A stretch of 63,244 nucleotides of DNA, filler included, from Thraustochytrium aureum (Eukaryota), in NCBI GenBank assembly GCA_012862495.1. It is 8 parts of 3 records of this genome, joined end to end, with 100 filler letters (N's around TTAATTAATTAA, not from the genome) between each part and the next. Parts side by side here need not be neighbours in the genome. Positions count along the whole stretch, not along the records: positions 11,243 to 22,431 come from BLSG01000231.1; positions 22,532 to 34,266 come from BLSG01000232.1; 6 more parts are not named here. One strand, written 5' to 3'. The notes beneath the pieces were generated by a model. That model saw only the letters and a program-made list of their open reading frames with translations. It was not told the origin of the DNA and did not search any database. Of this stretch, positions 12,625 to 23,765 are shown in pieces. The position numbers and the translations under genes were made by a program. How positions within the stretch are numbered: the first letter of the stretch is position 1; the number at the start of each line of letters is the position of its first letter.

Positions 12625-12890
12625 GCGCGCAAGCAAGCAAGGGCAGAGAGGCCGCGGCGGGCGAGTAGATCGTCGGTCCAAGTGCAAGTTGAACGAGAAG
12701 ACTTCCAAAACAAGCATCGGCTATTGTCTGTCAGGGCATGCCACTCCCTTCGCCCGCGAGGGAGGGCAACCTACTAGTAAAGTTGACCTTGGCGAAGCGG
12801 TAGTTGGGTATCCGTGAAACCGAACGCGGTGAAACCGAACGCGGGTCCACCGAGACCAGCCGAGCGTTCCGCGCCCTGCCGCTGCAGCGC

Positions 12891-13925
12891 TTACTGCAGG
12901 GCCAAGGGGCTGGGCATGAGCTCGGCGTAGGGCTTGCCGAGGACGTGCGGGTCGACGTACTTTTCTTTCTTGACGCAGTTCGAGCCGTCCTCGTGGCAGG
13001 CAAAGTTCATCGTGGTGAAGGCGCCCGGGGTGGCCCACGCGCACGAGTTGTCCATGCCGAGCTGGTTCTCGCCGAGCTTGAGGCGGTAGTAGCCCATCTC
13101 GCCCCAGTACTCGCCCCAGCTGTTGCGCACGATCCAGTATTGGGAGCCATCGTCCTCGTTGGTGCCCCAGCCCACGATCGAGACGATGTGGTCGATCTCG
13201 CGCGACGCGTGCGGCAGGTCGATGATGCCGCCCTCGTAGTCGGAGAGCTCGTTGGCGTTGACGCCGCAAGGGACGGGGCCGCGCGCGTAGATCTCGCGCT
13301 TGACAGCCTCGGCGCCGGTGAGCGTGCCGTACTCCTCGACGGTGGCGTTGGGGAAGGTAGACAGAGCGGCGCAAAAGCCGCCCATGGCCTTGAAGGTCGA
13401 GCACGTGCGGCACGTGTTCATCGCCGAGCAGGTGTAGTCGGCCTTCCCGCACGTGCCCTCGTTCGACTCGGCGCTGCAGGCCTCGTACTGCATGCAGGTG
13501 TCGTACGGGATGAAGCCCTGCTTCTTGATGAACTCGTACACGCCGGTGTGGCTGCCGCCGTGGCACGAGCCGGCGATGGTCGTGCCGCAGTTGAGGATCT
13601 GCTGGATGCTCAGGTTGATGTCGGGGCCCTGGCCCTTGCGCGCGATCTTGATGCGGTCCGCAAGCGCGGAGGCGGCGCCGTGCGCCCAGCACGACCCGCA
13701 GTACTGGGGGATGTGCTGGTTGAGCGACTTTGTCACGTACGACACGCCGTTCACGTTGCGCCAGTCCCAGCTCGCGGGCAGCTCCCTCGAGCCAAGATAG
13801 TCATGCGAGTGGTCATGCGTCGTCCAGTTGAGCCTGGTGTGCCCAGGCAGCACGACGTACTCGCTGGGCCTCTTCCCAGCGACCAGGGCCGCCGCGCCCG
13901 CCAGCACCACCAAAGTCGCCTTCAT
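12891..13925 (-). CDS. CTSZ: Cathepsin Z/X-like papain-family (C1A) cysteine peptidase, intronless
   Basis: Signal peptide, short propeptide, LPASWDWRNVNG, NQHIPQYCGSCWAHG (HIP mini-loop of cathepsin X plus catalytic Cys), DHIVSIVGWG (His) and WIVRNSWG (Asn). Confidence 0.95.
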   Translation of the reverse strand: MKATLVVLAGAAALVAGKRPSEYVVLPGHTRLNWTTHDHSHDYLGSRELPASWDWRNVNGVSYVTKSLNQHIPQYCGSCWAHGAASALADRIKIARKGQGPDINLSIQQILNCGTTIAGSCHGGSHTGVYEFIKKQGFIPYDTCMQYEACSAESNEGTCGKADYTCSAMNTCRTCSTFKAMGGFCAALSTFPNATVEEYGTLTGAEAVKREIYARGPVPCGVNANELSDYEGGIIDLPHASREIDHIVSIVGWGTNEDDGSQYWIVRNSWGEYWGEMGYYRLKLGENQLGMDNSCAWATPGAFTTMNFACHEDGSNCVKKEKYVDPHVLGKPYAELMPSPLALQ

Positions 13926-15499
13926 CTTCCCTGCTCTGCTCCAAGCCGCCGCGTGCTCTGCGTGCTAACCTTCCTTCTTGCCTTCGAGTCCGCGTTGCGC
14001 GTTTGGTGTCTGTCTGTCTGTCTGTCCAGTCCCGTCTGACGTCTTCGTCGACTTCGAACATGATGCGCGTTGGTCTTCGCGCCGCGCTTCTTTCTCCTTC
14101 TCCTTCTCCTTCTCCTTCGCTGCGCGCCTGCGTCTCTCGCTCGGTCCGTTTCAATCGCGATTCAATCGTCGCTCAATCGCTGCCCCAGCCGCCACCAAAC
14201 GGTCCGTTTGCCGGATAATCGATCGACTCGGAGCCGGCCGCCTTGCCTCGTTGGACTCGTTCAAGTTGAAGGCGAGTTGGACTTGGACACGGCGGTTTTG
14301 TTTGGTGTCCCTCTCGGTCAACAGCGAACGCCCGCCTCTGGCAGAGCAACCGTCTCGCTCGCTCGCTCGCTGCCTGCTGAACTGGTCAATCTGTTCTGGT
14401 GAATTGATCTTCTCTCTGCCTGCCTGTCGCATGGGCACAAAACGGCAGCCTGACCTCCAAGTTGGCCCGATCATCGTCTGCTCTGCTCATTCAGCAGTCT
14501 GCGCTCAGCTCCCACACGGTCGGCGGCCGTTGTGGGCTCGCGACGTGAGAATAAGTGGGCGCTTCGGACGATTGACTCGCCTCGTGCGGTCATGGCTCAC
14601 GCAACGCAAGTGCGGAACAGATAGGTAGATGCCCGCGCCGGGTCGGCCGGGAGCGGCTTTTTCCTTTTTCTNNNNNNNNNNNNNNNNNNNNNNNNNNNNN
14701 NNNNNNNNNNNNNNNNNNNNNNNNNNNNNNNNNNNNNNNNNNNNNNNNNNNNNNNNNNNNNNNNNNNNNNNNNNNNNNNNNNNNNNNNNNNNNNNNNNNN
14801 NNNNNNNNNNNNNNNNNNNNNNNNNNNNNNNNNNNNNNNNNNNNNNNNNNNNNNNNNNNNNNNNNNNNNNNNNNNNNNNNNNNNNNNNNNNNNNNNNNNN
14901 NNNNNNNNNNNNNNNNNNNNNNNNNNNNNNNNNNNNNNNNNNNNNNNNNNNNNNNNNNNNNNNNNNNNNNNNNNNNNNNNNNNNNNNNNNNNNNNNNNNN
15001 NNNNNNNNNNNNNNNNNNNNNNNNNNNNNNNNNNNNNNNNNNNNNNNNNNNNNNNNNNNNNNNNNNNNNNNNNNNNNNNNNNNNNNNNNNNNNNNNNNNN
15101 NNNNNNNNNNNNNNNNNNNNNNNNNNNNNNNNNNNNNNNNNNNNNNNNNNNNNNNNNNNNNNNNNNNNNNNNNNNNNNNNNNNNNNNNNNNNNNNNNNNN
15201 NNNNNNNNNNNNNNNNNNNNNNNNNNNNNNNNNNNNNNNNNNNNNNNNNNNNNNNNNNNNNNNNNNNNNNNNNNNNNNNNNNNNNNNNNNNNNNNNNNNN
15301 NNNNNNNNNNNNNNNNNNNNNNNNNNNNNNNNNNNNNNNNNNNNNNNNNNNNNNNNNNNNNNNNNNNNNNNNNNNNNNNNNNNNNNNNNNNNNNNNNNNN
15401 NNNNNNNNNNNNNNNNNNNNNNNNNNNNNNNNNNNNNNNNNNNNNNNNNNNNNNNNNNNNNNNNNNNNNNNNNNNNNNNNNNNNNNNNNNNNNNNNNNN

Positions 15500-16618
15500 C
15501 ATCAACGCCGCGGCGCCCCCAGCCCCGGGCGCGCCAGGCCAGCCGGACGTCACAGACGCCGAGGGCTACGACTACACGCCGATCGGCCAAGAGGAGGCGA
15601 CCGAGGCGGCGGCTCGCGAGGTGGACGATGCCAACGGCCCGCAACAGTCCATCGTAGCCTCCATCCTCGAGGGCGCTCGCCTATGCTGGCACACGCGCCC
15701 AATCAGGTGGCGGCTCCTGTTTCTCGGCCTCGAGGTGGCCGTTGAGGACACGATGGTTGCCGTAATCATCGCCGAGTATGCGTACACGTCGCGCTACTTT
15801 GGCGACGGCGACGCTACCAGCACCAACCTGTACACTGCGCTCATCGTTGCGGTCGGCAAAGTCGGCGCCATCCTCGCCGGCTCGTTCATGCACTCGTGCT
15901 GGAGGGTTCCAAAGACGCGCAGCGAGTACCGGCCCCTCTTCTACTCGGTCCTGCTTGCGAGTCTCTCCGTGTGCCTGCTCTTCCTTGCGCACAAGCTCGA
16001 GACGTCGCGCCCGGACAGCCCACACAGCGCGACGGCGTGGATTTCCAAACTGCTCGTATTCGTGGGCACAACACTGTTCTTCCTCTTCAGCACGGCGCCA
16101 AAGATCGGCTTTGAGACGCTGCTGCAGGGCATGGCGTGCAATGTGGAAGGGAGCGTGCGTTCTTGCAATCTTTGGCTTGCTTGTTTACTTGCTTGATGGC
16201 TGGCTGGCTGTTTGGCTGGCTGGCTGGGCTGGCTGGCTGTTTGGCTGGCTGGCTGTTTGGCTGGCTGGCTGTTTGCCTTGGTGTTGGTCTTCGCGGGATG
16301 GCGTCTGTCTTTTGCAGCGTTTCTGACGGCCTCTCGACGGTGCAGGGGAAGATCTTTGGCTTCGTCGGCCCCTTCATCTCCGTCATGGACTCGATCGTGG
16401 TGATGGGCATCAGTCTCGCCTTTAGCCTGTTTAAGCAGGGCTGCGACGATGGGGACTCGCAGTGCGTATCGGACGGGTTTGGGAGCGCTTTGGCAGTGGC
16501 CTGTGGTTTTTTTCTCCTGCATGGCGTGGCAGAGTGCTTGCTGGGCCCTCACTTGATGATTCCCAAGGACGGCATTTTGCTCGGCGGCATTGGCATCGAA
16601 CCCGAGCCGGTCAGCTAG
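15500..16618 (+). CDS. Multi-pass membrane protein, probably the C-terminal half of an MFS-type transporter; exons ~15500-16154 and 16346-16618
   Basis: About six hydrophobic segments (LLFLGLEVAV, LYTALIVAVGKVGAILAG, LFYSVLLASLSVCLLF, LLVFVGTTLFFLF, GKIFGFVGPFISVMDSIVV, ALAVACGFFLLHG). Phase-0 intron 16155-16345 (GTGCGT...CTGAC...TGCAG). The 5' part is lost in the gap. Confidence 0.6.
16198..16273. repeat. Imperfect (TGGC)n microsatellite inside an intron
   Basis: tggctggctg tttggctggc... tandem units within intron 16155-16345. Confidence 0.9.
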
Positions 16619-16841
16619 CCTGCGCAGCACAAAGCCCTTCCGCATGCCTTTTGGCACACTTTTAATGCGAGAGCACAAGCACGCTCGTGCTTGACAAGCT
16701 TCGCAAGTGACCTCAAGAGACAGTTCTGCGCTTTTGATTTCTAAAGCCGGATCGAACGCCCGGCCCTCGAACCAGGCCTCCCCCCTGCCCTAGCTCTTCT
16801 TGCTCCTTAGCCGCTCGGCGCAAGCACGGTAACTCGTTTCA

Positions 16842-19800
16842 TTAGTTCTTGCGCAACACGTTCAAAAGCGCGTCTCGCTGCGCAATCACCATTGCTAGCG
16901 CCTCTGCCAGGCCCTTGTTGGCTGCCTCGAGCGTCGATACCGTCAGCGCGGCGTGGTGACGAGTCGCCCACGCGATCTGGTTGGCCACCTCTTCGCGAGA
17001 GAGCACGAGCGGCGGCGAAAGCACCACGGCAGAGGCGGGGGCGCTACCTTGCAGACCTCCAACAGACTGCTGCAGCGGCTGCTGGGCACCCCCGCTCTTG
17101 CCGTCAGAATCGGTCGCCCCTGTCTTGGGCCGCTTTGCGTCCCGCTGCGAACCGCTTGCAGCGTCGTTGGCGACTGTGCTTGGCCTCTCCCGCTTTCGCC
17201 GGTCCGCCTCGTCGACAGTCGGCACACTCGGCATCGCCGGCCGGCGCGGCGTCGGACGCGAGCGCACCCGGGTGGTGCCCCGGTCCAAACCCCATCTCGA
17301 CTGCCCGGAGCGAGGCGCGCTCCAAAACGGCTGGTTGTCTTTCCACTCGAGGACGCGCTTCCGCAAGATCTCGTCGCTCTGACCGCCCAGCTCACTCGGC
17401 GCAGTCCACACCCCAGCCCGCCTTGACCAAGCGGACCAGCGTCCCGCCCACGTCGCCCCACGAGCAGTGGTCGTAAAGGTACTCCCGGTCCTTGATGCAG
17501 TCCGCGCAAAACCAGTCCGAAACTGGCACCTTCTGCAGTGGCGGAGTGAGACAGTCCATGTGGTACTCCGAGTCACACCCATCGCACAACAAGATCGTGT
17601 TTGCGCGTTCGCTGCTCTTGCAGATCGAGCAAGACGACCCAAGGTTCACCGGCGACGCAATTGTGGTCTTTGCCTGGAACAAGCTCCGCTCGTCCGCGGA
17701 CACTTTGGACGGGTCGAGGCCGATCCGCAGAATGGAATCCGTTTCCTCCGTGATGCGCGACCCGAACGCATCGGGCCGATTCGCAAACACAGTCTGTCCG
17801 TCTACCAGGGCAAAGGCCAGGCCGCGTTGAGTGCGCCGCGAGGCCTTGGATCGCCGCACAGCCATCTCGTGCACCTTCTTCCCCCACGACAGGGCGTCCG
17901 AGGTTGCGTGCTCGACAGCTGCCGGGGAGGCCATCGGCACCCCAGCGACATACTTGGCGCGCTCCNNNNNNNNNNNNNNNNNNNNNNNNNNNNNNNNNNN
18001 NNNNNNNNNNNNNNNNNNNNNNNNNNNNNNNNNNNNNNNNNNNNNNNNNNNNNNNNNNNNNNNNNNNNNNNNNNNNNNNNNNNNNNNNNNNNNNNNNNNN
18101 NNNNNNNNNNNNNNNNNNNNNNNNNNNNNNNNNNNNNNNNNNNNNNNNNNNNNNNNNNNNNNNNNNNCTGCGCTGCCCAGGCCGGGTGGAGGTTGCACGG
18201 AAAAACTCGGCACACGCCAGCGCGTTCTTGTACCCTACGACCTCCTCCGCGGGCTCCCAGGCGAGGCTGTGGATGCCAAGGCTATCCACGAGTCGAAGCG
18301 CTTCGCGCGCCTTCCACTCGCTCGAGAGCACCGGAACGTTAAATTGTTGCTCACCCCAAAAACGCTGAACAGCGCGTCGACGGCGAGGATGCCCTTCGCC
18401 TCTTCGACAGTCCGGCCGTACCGGGACCCGATCACGTGCGCGACTTCGCCCACCTTGACGTGCTTCACACGGATGCGCAGCTTGGCATACTTGAACTCGG
18501 CCGCGTACCTGAACCGCAGCGTGGGGCCGCGCATCTCGCGCGACGGAAGCGGCCCTCGCACGATGCCAATTAGCTCAAATCGCGGGGGCGCCAGTCCGTA
18601 GTTGCAACACATCCAGTCAAGCGCTTCGAGAGCGAGCTTCGGGTTCGAGTAGTCCAGCTTTGGCTTTGCCACGCGGTACGGGTGGCTTGCGCGGTGAAGC
18701 AATTTGACCTCGTGCTGCCTCGGCTCGGGGCTCTCCTTCTCACCAGTTTCCACGAACAGCCCGCTGCCATTACCCCCTCCAGCTTGAGGCTGGCCTGCCG
18801 CTTCCGGTGCCCTAGCCCGCCCCAGGCTGGCTTTGCCGATTGTCGCTGCGCTTGCAGCGCTAGGGCCGTCGCGTTTCTCTTCTGGCACAGCCTTTGCGTC
18901 GTCAGAGAAGTCGGGCCCAGGGCATCCCGCGGAGCCGGCTGCCGTTTCACCGACACCACTATCGCTGCGTGGAGTTGTAGTGGGGGCTGCCTTGCTCTGC
19001 GCTTCGTCGACCGCCGCCGACGCCACGGCGACCGGCAGTTGTGCAACAGGATTCGACGCAGCGCCACTCGTTGCCACGCCGTTGGGTCCGTATGCCGCGC
19101 CAACGTTACTATTTGCAGCGGGACGCCTGCCGAGGCAGCGGCGCCGGCAGGCTCCTCGGCGCCGCGCCCCTCGTCGCTCGCCTCAGCATCCGCGAGGTCG
19201 AGCGCCTCGGCGCGCGAGAGAGCATCTCGGTCAAAGTCCTCGCTCCCGCCATCGCCAAGCGCAGCACTAACGAGACCCTGCCGCCCGAGTGAAAAGCAAT
19301 CGAAACAGAGGTTTACGCCAGTGCAAACAGCACACTCGACATAGCCGACGAAAGGCATGTTTTCATGGCAAAACGCGCAATGCGGCGCGTTGTCGAGAAT
19401 CTCGTCGATCGACCCAATATCCTTGCAGTCCTCGAGCGCCGGGTCGCTCACAGCGTCGGCGACGCCTAGCGTGTACGGGCAGAGGCTCGGGGCGTCAGAA
19501 CCCTTGAGCAGCGCGCGCGAGTCCGGCCGCGTCCGCGTGGCGTGCAAAAAGCTGTGCATCCACGGGTCGACGCCGGTCCCGCTCGGGCGCGTTGGGTGAT
19601 CGGCTCCAACTACCTTGCTTGCGCGATAGTGGTAGTGGCTGCGCGCGAACAGGACGCGCCGCGCGACCGCTTCAACCATCTCGCGTTTTTGGCCCCGCAG
19701 CACGACCCCGGTCTCGATTGCGCGGGTCTCGCCATCGTCGCGTTTTTGGTGCGAGCGAGTTTCGTTCTGGCGGTGCGAAATCCGGTCCTTCGGCGTGCTC

Positions 19801-22431
19801 GGTGAAGCAGTCTCCGGCTCTTGCTCGCTGCTGGATACTCCCGCGTCCGAGCCGGCGTCGTCAACCTCGCGGTCTGCGGCGGCCAGCTCCTCGACGATCG
19901 CTTCGCGCGTCACTTCCCCGCGCAGGAAACGGGCGTACTTGTCATATGGCACCACAAGCGCGCGCGCTGCGATGGAGCTCAGCGCCACGACGTCGACTTC
20001 ATTGGAAGAGAACACCTCGTTCTTGTCCATTTCGTCAACGCCCTCAAGCTGCGTCTCCACGGGCCAGAAAAACCACGCCACGCGCGCCTTTCGCGACCCG
20101 TCGGGCTCTTCCCACATCGCCTCGATCTGGCCAACGTAAAAGTCCGGCGAGGCGCGCTTCGACTTGCGCCGTTCAACCGGGCCAGACCTGGGCGTGGCCG
20201 GCTCCGTTTGCGGCGCGCCGAGCGACTCGCCGCTGCTCCCGCTATGATGCCCGGTGAGGCCAAGGGCTGGGACAGGCCTGCCTTGCTGGGGCTGCCGCGG
20301 GCCTTCGCCGACCGCGGCGTGTCAACCGCCGGCTGGGACCCTGCGCTGATTGACCGCGGACTGGCGCTAGTTGCGGGCTTGCTTGGCGAGATCCCCGNNN
20401 NNNNNNNNNNNNNNNNNNNNNNNNNNNNNNNNNNNNNNNNNNNNNNNNNNNNNNNNNNNNNNNNNNNNNNNNNNNNNNNNNNNNNNNNNNNNNNNNNNNN
20501 NNNNNNNNNNNNNNNNNNNNNNNNNNNNNNNNNNNNNNNNNNNNNNNNNNNNNNNNNNNNNNNNNNNNNNNNNNNNNNNNNNNNNNNNNNNNNNNNNNNN
20601 NNNNNNNNNNNNNNNNNNNNNNNNNNNNNNNNNNNNNNNNNNNNNNNNNNNNNNNNNNNNNNNNNNNNNNNNNNNNNNNNNNNNNNNNNNNNNNNNNNNN
20701 GGCCCGCCGGGGCGTGCCTCGCCGCTTTCCGCCGCTGCGCCGTCCTCTGCCTGCGCCTCGCTCTCCTCCTCCTCCTCGTCGTCGTCTTCTTCTTCCTCCT
20801 CGCCGTCCGGGCTGATGCGGAACAGGAGCACGTGATCGAGAAGCCGGAGGACCTCGGTGGGCTTGTCTAGAAAGCGAAACGCCGAGTAGAAGACACGGCT
20901 GCGAGACCGCATCGTGCCGTCGATGTAGCCTTCGCCGAGCCACTGCGAGTTGGAAGCAACGTCGACCCCGTCCTTGCGCCGCAGCGTTTTCGTGCGTGGC
21001 CGCGATGCCGTGGGCGCCTTTATGTAGCTGGCCGACACCGGGAACGAGAACGCAAACGACGGGCCGCACTGGCCCACCCACCCCGAGGGCGAAGCGCTCA
21101 AAAGCGAGCGCAGGGCATCGCCTGGGATGCCGCTCGAGCCTGGTGCAGCCCCCCCGGCATGGGGACTGGAAAGATGCGGTTCAAACCCGCCTTGCAGGCT
21201 GTCGCGACTGCGCTGGCGAAGCGACCTGCCCCTGTTCGCGCCTGAAACCGTCGCGATGTCCTCGGCCTCCCCGGTAGAGGCAGCCGAGAGGCCGATCTGG
21301 GTCCGCGTTCTTTCGAAGAGCGTCTTGAGGCACGAAGAGCAAGAAAAGGTCTCGAAACTGCCTTCGCGCTCGAAACCAAGATCCCGCAGCTTGTCGTCCA
21401 GGCACTGCGGGTGGAAGCGCCGCGTGCACGTGTCGCATTCAAGCGGCTCTGACCCTTCCCGCTTCTCGCTTTGGTCGCACAGCCGGCAAAAGGCATTGCG
21501 CTGCCGCCTCCGCTTGATCTCTTTCTCGCGCACCGACTTGTCCACCCTCAACTGCTCCACGATCGCGTTTGAGGCGACTTCTGCTCGCCGCAGCGCATTT
21601 ATGGCGTCATCGCAAATGGCAAACTCTGCTATGCGCACCGGCTTGGTCTCGACGGTGAGCTGCACAAGGACCTCCCACCTGTTGGACTCGGGGTTCAACC
21701 TGACCCCCTTTGGCATGTCGGAGAGCGCGCTCAAGATCGAGGTTGAGGGGGCGCGCTTTCCTTGGCTGCTCGAGCTCGTCGACTTGCGGTCCCGTCGCTG
21801 GGCTGGCACGCGCGGGGCGGGGCGCGGAGGGGGCTCGAACCCGGCTGGCGCGCGGTGGATGTTTTCGTTGTACCACAGGGCAAGGCGGCGACCTGCATCC
21901 TGAATTGCGGGTCGGTGCATGTGCGTTCGGCGCACCCAGCAGTACGCCGAGTTTGTCAGACCCCCGAACAGGCCTGCCTCGCGGAACAGCGCTGCCAGGG
22001 GATTTGCAGAGCTTCTTGCAAGCCCAGAATCTTCTCTGGGTAAAAGTCTGTCATGTCAATATCCTCGTGAGGGGCGCGCTCCTCCTCGCCATTTGCAGCA
22101 GCCCCGGCGTCCTCGCCTTGTTTCGACGACAGCGCAGGGTCGGTCTCGGCTCCTTCGGGGGGCGACTTGGCGTCGCTACTGGACGCGCCTTTGTCGCTCT
22201 CTTCAGCGTCCTTGCCTTTTGCGCCCCGCCTCGTCGACTGCTGCCGCGACGCAGGCGGGCTTGCAAGGGAGCTGTCGTCCCCTCTGGCCCGCGTCCGCCT
22301 CACCGCTCTGTCGCCGTCGCGGTCGCGGTCTTCATCGTCGTCCTTGTCCTCTGCATCGCCGCCTACTTCTGCCCCGCCGTCGCCCCTCTTCCTCCTCCTC
22401 CTCGACCTCCTCGCCTTCCTCGCCCGTGTAC
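16842..22431 (-). CDS. Large multi-reader chromatin protein: AP2-like, PHD, split BAH, ZZ-type zinc finger, dsRBD-like, PHD, C-terminal coiled coil (5'-truncated, gapped, frameshifted)
   Basis: PHD1 CRLC...CDTCTRRFHPQC...CSSC (21330-21488). BAH FYSAFRF...LDHVLL and FYVGQIEAMWEE...VAWFFWPVET...EVFSS. ZZ-like CAFC...CAVC...NLCFDCF (~19290-19380). PHD2 CSIC...LLCDGCDSEYHMDCLTPPL..VP..DWFCADC (~17497-17631). Consecutive minus-strand ORFs are joined by frameshifts and two gaps, so the single-gene model is inferred. Confidence 0.7.
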
Positions 22432-22531
22432 NNNNNNNNNNNNNNNNNNNNNNNNNNNNNNNNNNNNNNNNNNNNTTAATTAATTAANNNNNNNNNNNNN
22501 NNNNNNNNNNNNNNNNNNNNNNNNNNNNNNN
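22432..22531. other. Artificial contig spacer
   Basis: 44N-TTAATTAATTAA(22476-22487)-44N. Confidence 0.97.
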
Positions 22532-22532
22532 T

Positions 22533-22613
<81 letters not shown>
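22533..22613. repeat. Pure (CAG)n microsatellite, about 27 units, truncated at the contig edge
   Basis: Directly visible upstream of the tetraspanin start. Confidence 0.97.
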
Positions 22614-22614
<1 letters not shown>

Positions 22615-22706
22615 CTGGGCAAGGGTAGCGGTTGGCGCTCGGACGCAAGCGCGCGAAGAGCGGCAGGAAGTCGTTGCGGACGAAGGGCAGTCCAGAGCGA
22701 GGCGAG

Positions 22707-23612
22707 ATGGCTGACAAGGACGCTTGCACGCGCAAGGCGCTCGTGTCGCTGAGCATGCTCGCGATGGTGGCAGCACTCGGCGCCGGGGTGACCGGCACAG
22801 TTTTTCTGCTCAAGACGAAGACTGCTGGCGCGCTCGAGGCCGTTCCAGAGTGGGCGTTCTTGACCGTGATCATCCTGTCCGCTGTCGTTTTTGTTGTCTC
22901 GGCGTGCGGGTGCTTGGGCGCAGTCGCACGGAGCAGGGTCGCGCTGTGGGTCTTTGCGCTTGCGATGATGCTGACTGTCATCGTCCAGACGGTGAGCACC
23001 GTCTTTCTGCTTTTGTACGCCAACGACCAGCCAACAATCTCTGCTCTGGACGACGCGGTCGTGGACGCCCAGAACGAGCTCGAGCTCGCCCTCGTGCAGT
23101 TTGCGATTGGGAAACCAGACGACTGGATCGACACACAGAATCTGTTCGTCTGCTGCGGCATTGACTTTGAGGAGACGCTCAACTTTGCCGCACTCGGGTA
23201 CACGCGCGATGGATTTCTGGATGTGCTGCTCACTGGCGAGACCCGGGACTGCGCGTCGAGCCACGCCAAGGTCAAGGCTGTGCAAGATCTCGCTCTCAAC
23301 GGGACGTACACGGCTGCGGAGGTCAACACGGCCGTGACCGCTGAGCTCGGCGCGGACTTCTTCTGCAAAGACAAGATCCGCACCCTGACGGTGCAGAGCA
23401 GCCTGTACCTTGGGATCGGGTCGGGCGTTGTCGTGCTGCTGCAAATCACTGCCGTGGCTTGCGCCTTCCGTCTCCTGTGCTGCGGCTCCTCGGAGGAGAG
23501 CGACTACGTCGAAATGACGAAGAAGGCGACTGCTGGCGAGCTTGCGGGGACGGGGCCCGCGGCGCCGCAGAACGACAACCTGGTGGGTCGCCGCCCCAGC
23601 TCGTTTTTCTAG
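22707..23612 (+). CDS. Tetraspanin-family protein
   Basis: Three N-terminal TM segments (including SACGCLGAV), a large extracellular loop with the CCG motif (QNLFVCCG) and further Cys, then a fourth TM followed by juxtamembrane LLCC. Confidence 0.85.
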   Translation: MADKDACTRKALVSLSMLAMVAALGAGVTGTVFLLKTKTAGALEAVPEWAFLTVIILSAVVFVVSACGCLGAVARSRVALWVFALAMMLTVIVQTVSTVFLLLYANDQPTISALDDAVVDAQNELELALVQFAIGKPDDWIDTQNLFVCCGIDFEETLNFAALGYTRDGFLDVLLTGETRDCASSHAKVKAVQDLALNGTYTAAEVNTAVTAELGADFFCKDKIRTLTVQSSLYLGIGSGVVVLLQITAVACAFRLLCCGSSEESDYVEMTKKATAGELAGTGPAAPQNDNLVGRRPSSFF

Positions 23613-23765
23613 CTCTAGCTACTAGCCTCTAGACTTACTTGGGCGCCCGCGCGTCCTACAGCCTGTTCCGTTTCGATCCGCCTCTAAACACTCGTTCAAT
23701 CTGCGAGCCTCAACAGCAACCAAGCCTGGCTGTCTCGCTTCGTCTCGCGACCTGCCCTGCGCGTT

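Noticed and set aside
12804..14039. Long antisense and alternative-frame ORFs (e.g. 12804..14039, 36362..37243, 45006..45962, 48205..49437, 51851..52717)
   Set aside because: These are shadow ORFs expected opposite GC-rich genes, and none has a recognisable motif.
14505..15657. Long ORFs spanning N runs (here and at 24695-25681, 32555-33750, 37484-38119, 43279-44077, 53887-55481)
   Set aside because: Their length comes from Ns translated as X and is not evidence of coding.
16676..16693. Hairpin CAAGCACG-CT-CGTGCTTG between convergent genes, as a terminator
   Set aside because: The stem is short enough to arise by chance, there is no U-tract, and intrinsic terminators do not apply to Pol II genes.
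1721..22431. Chromatin gene cluster (RFTS-DDT protein, PHD-BAH protein, and WDR5 further on)
   Set aside because: These genes lie on different sequence pieces separated by artificial spacers, so physical linkage is not shown.
22476..22776. Poly-Cys, poly-Leu and poly-Ala proteins
   Set aside because: These are translations of the CAG microsatellite at a contig edge.
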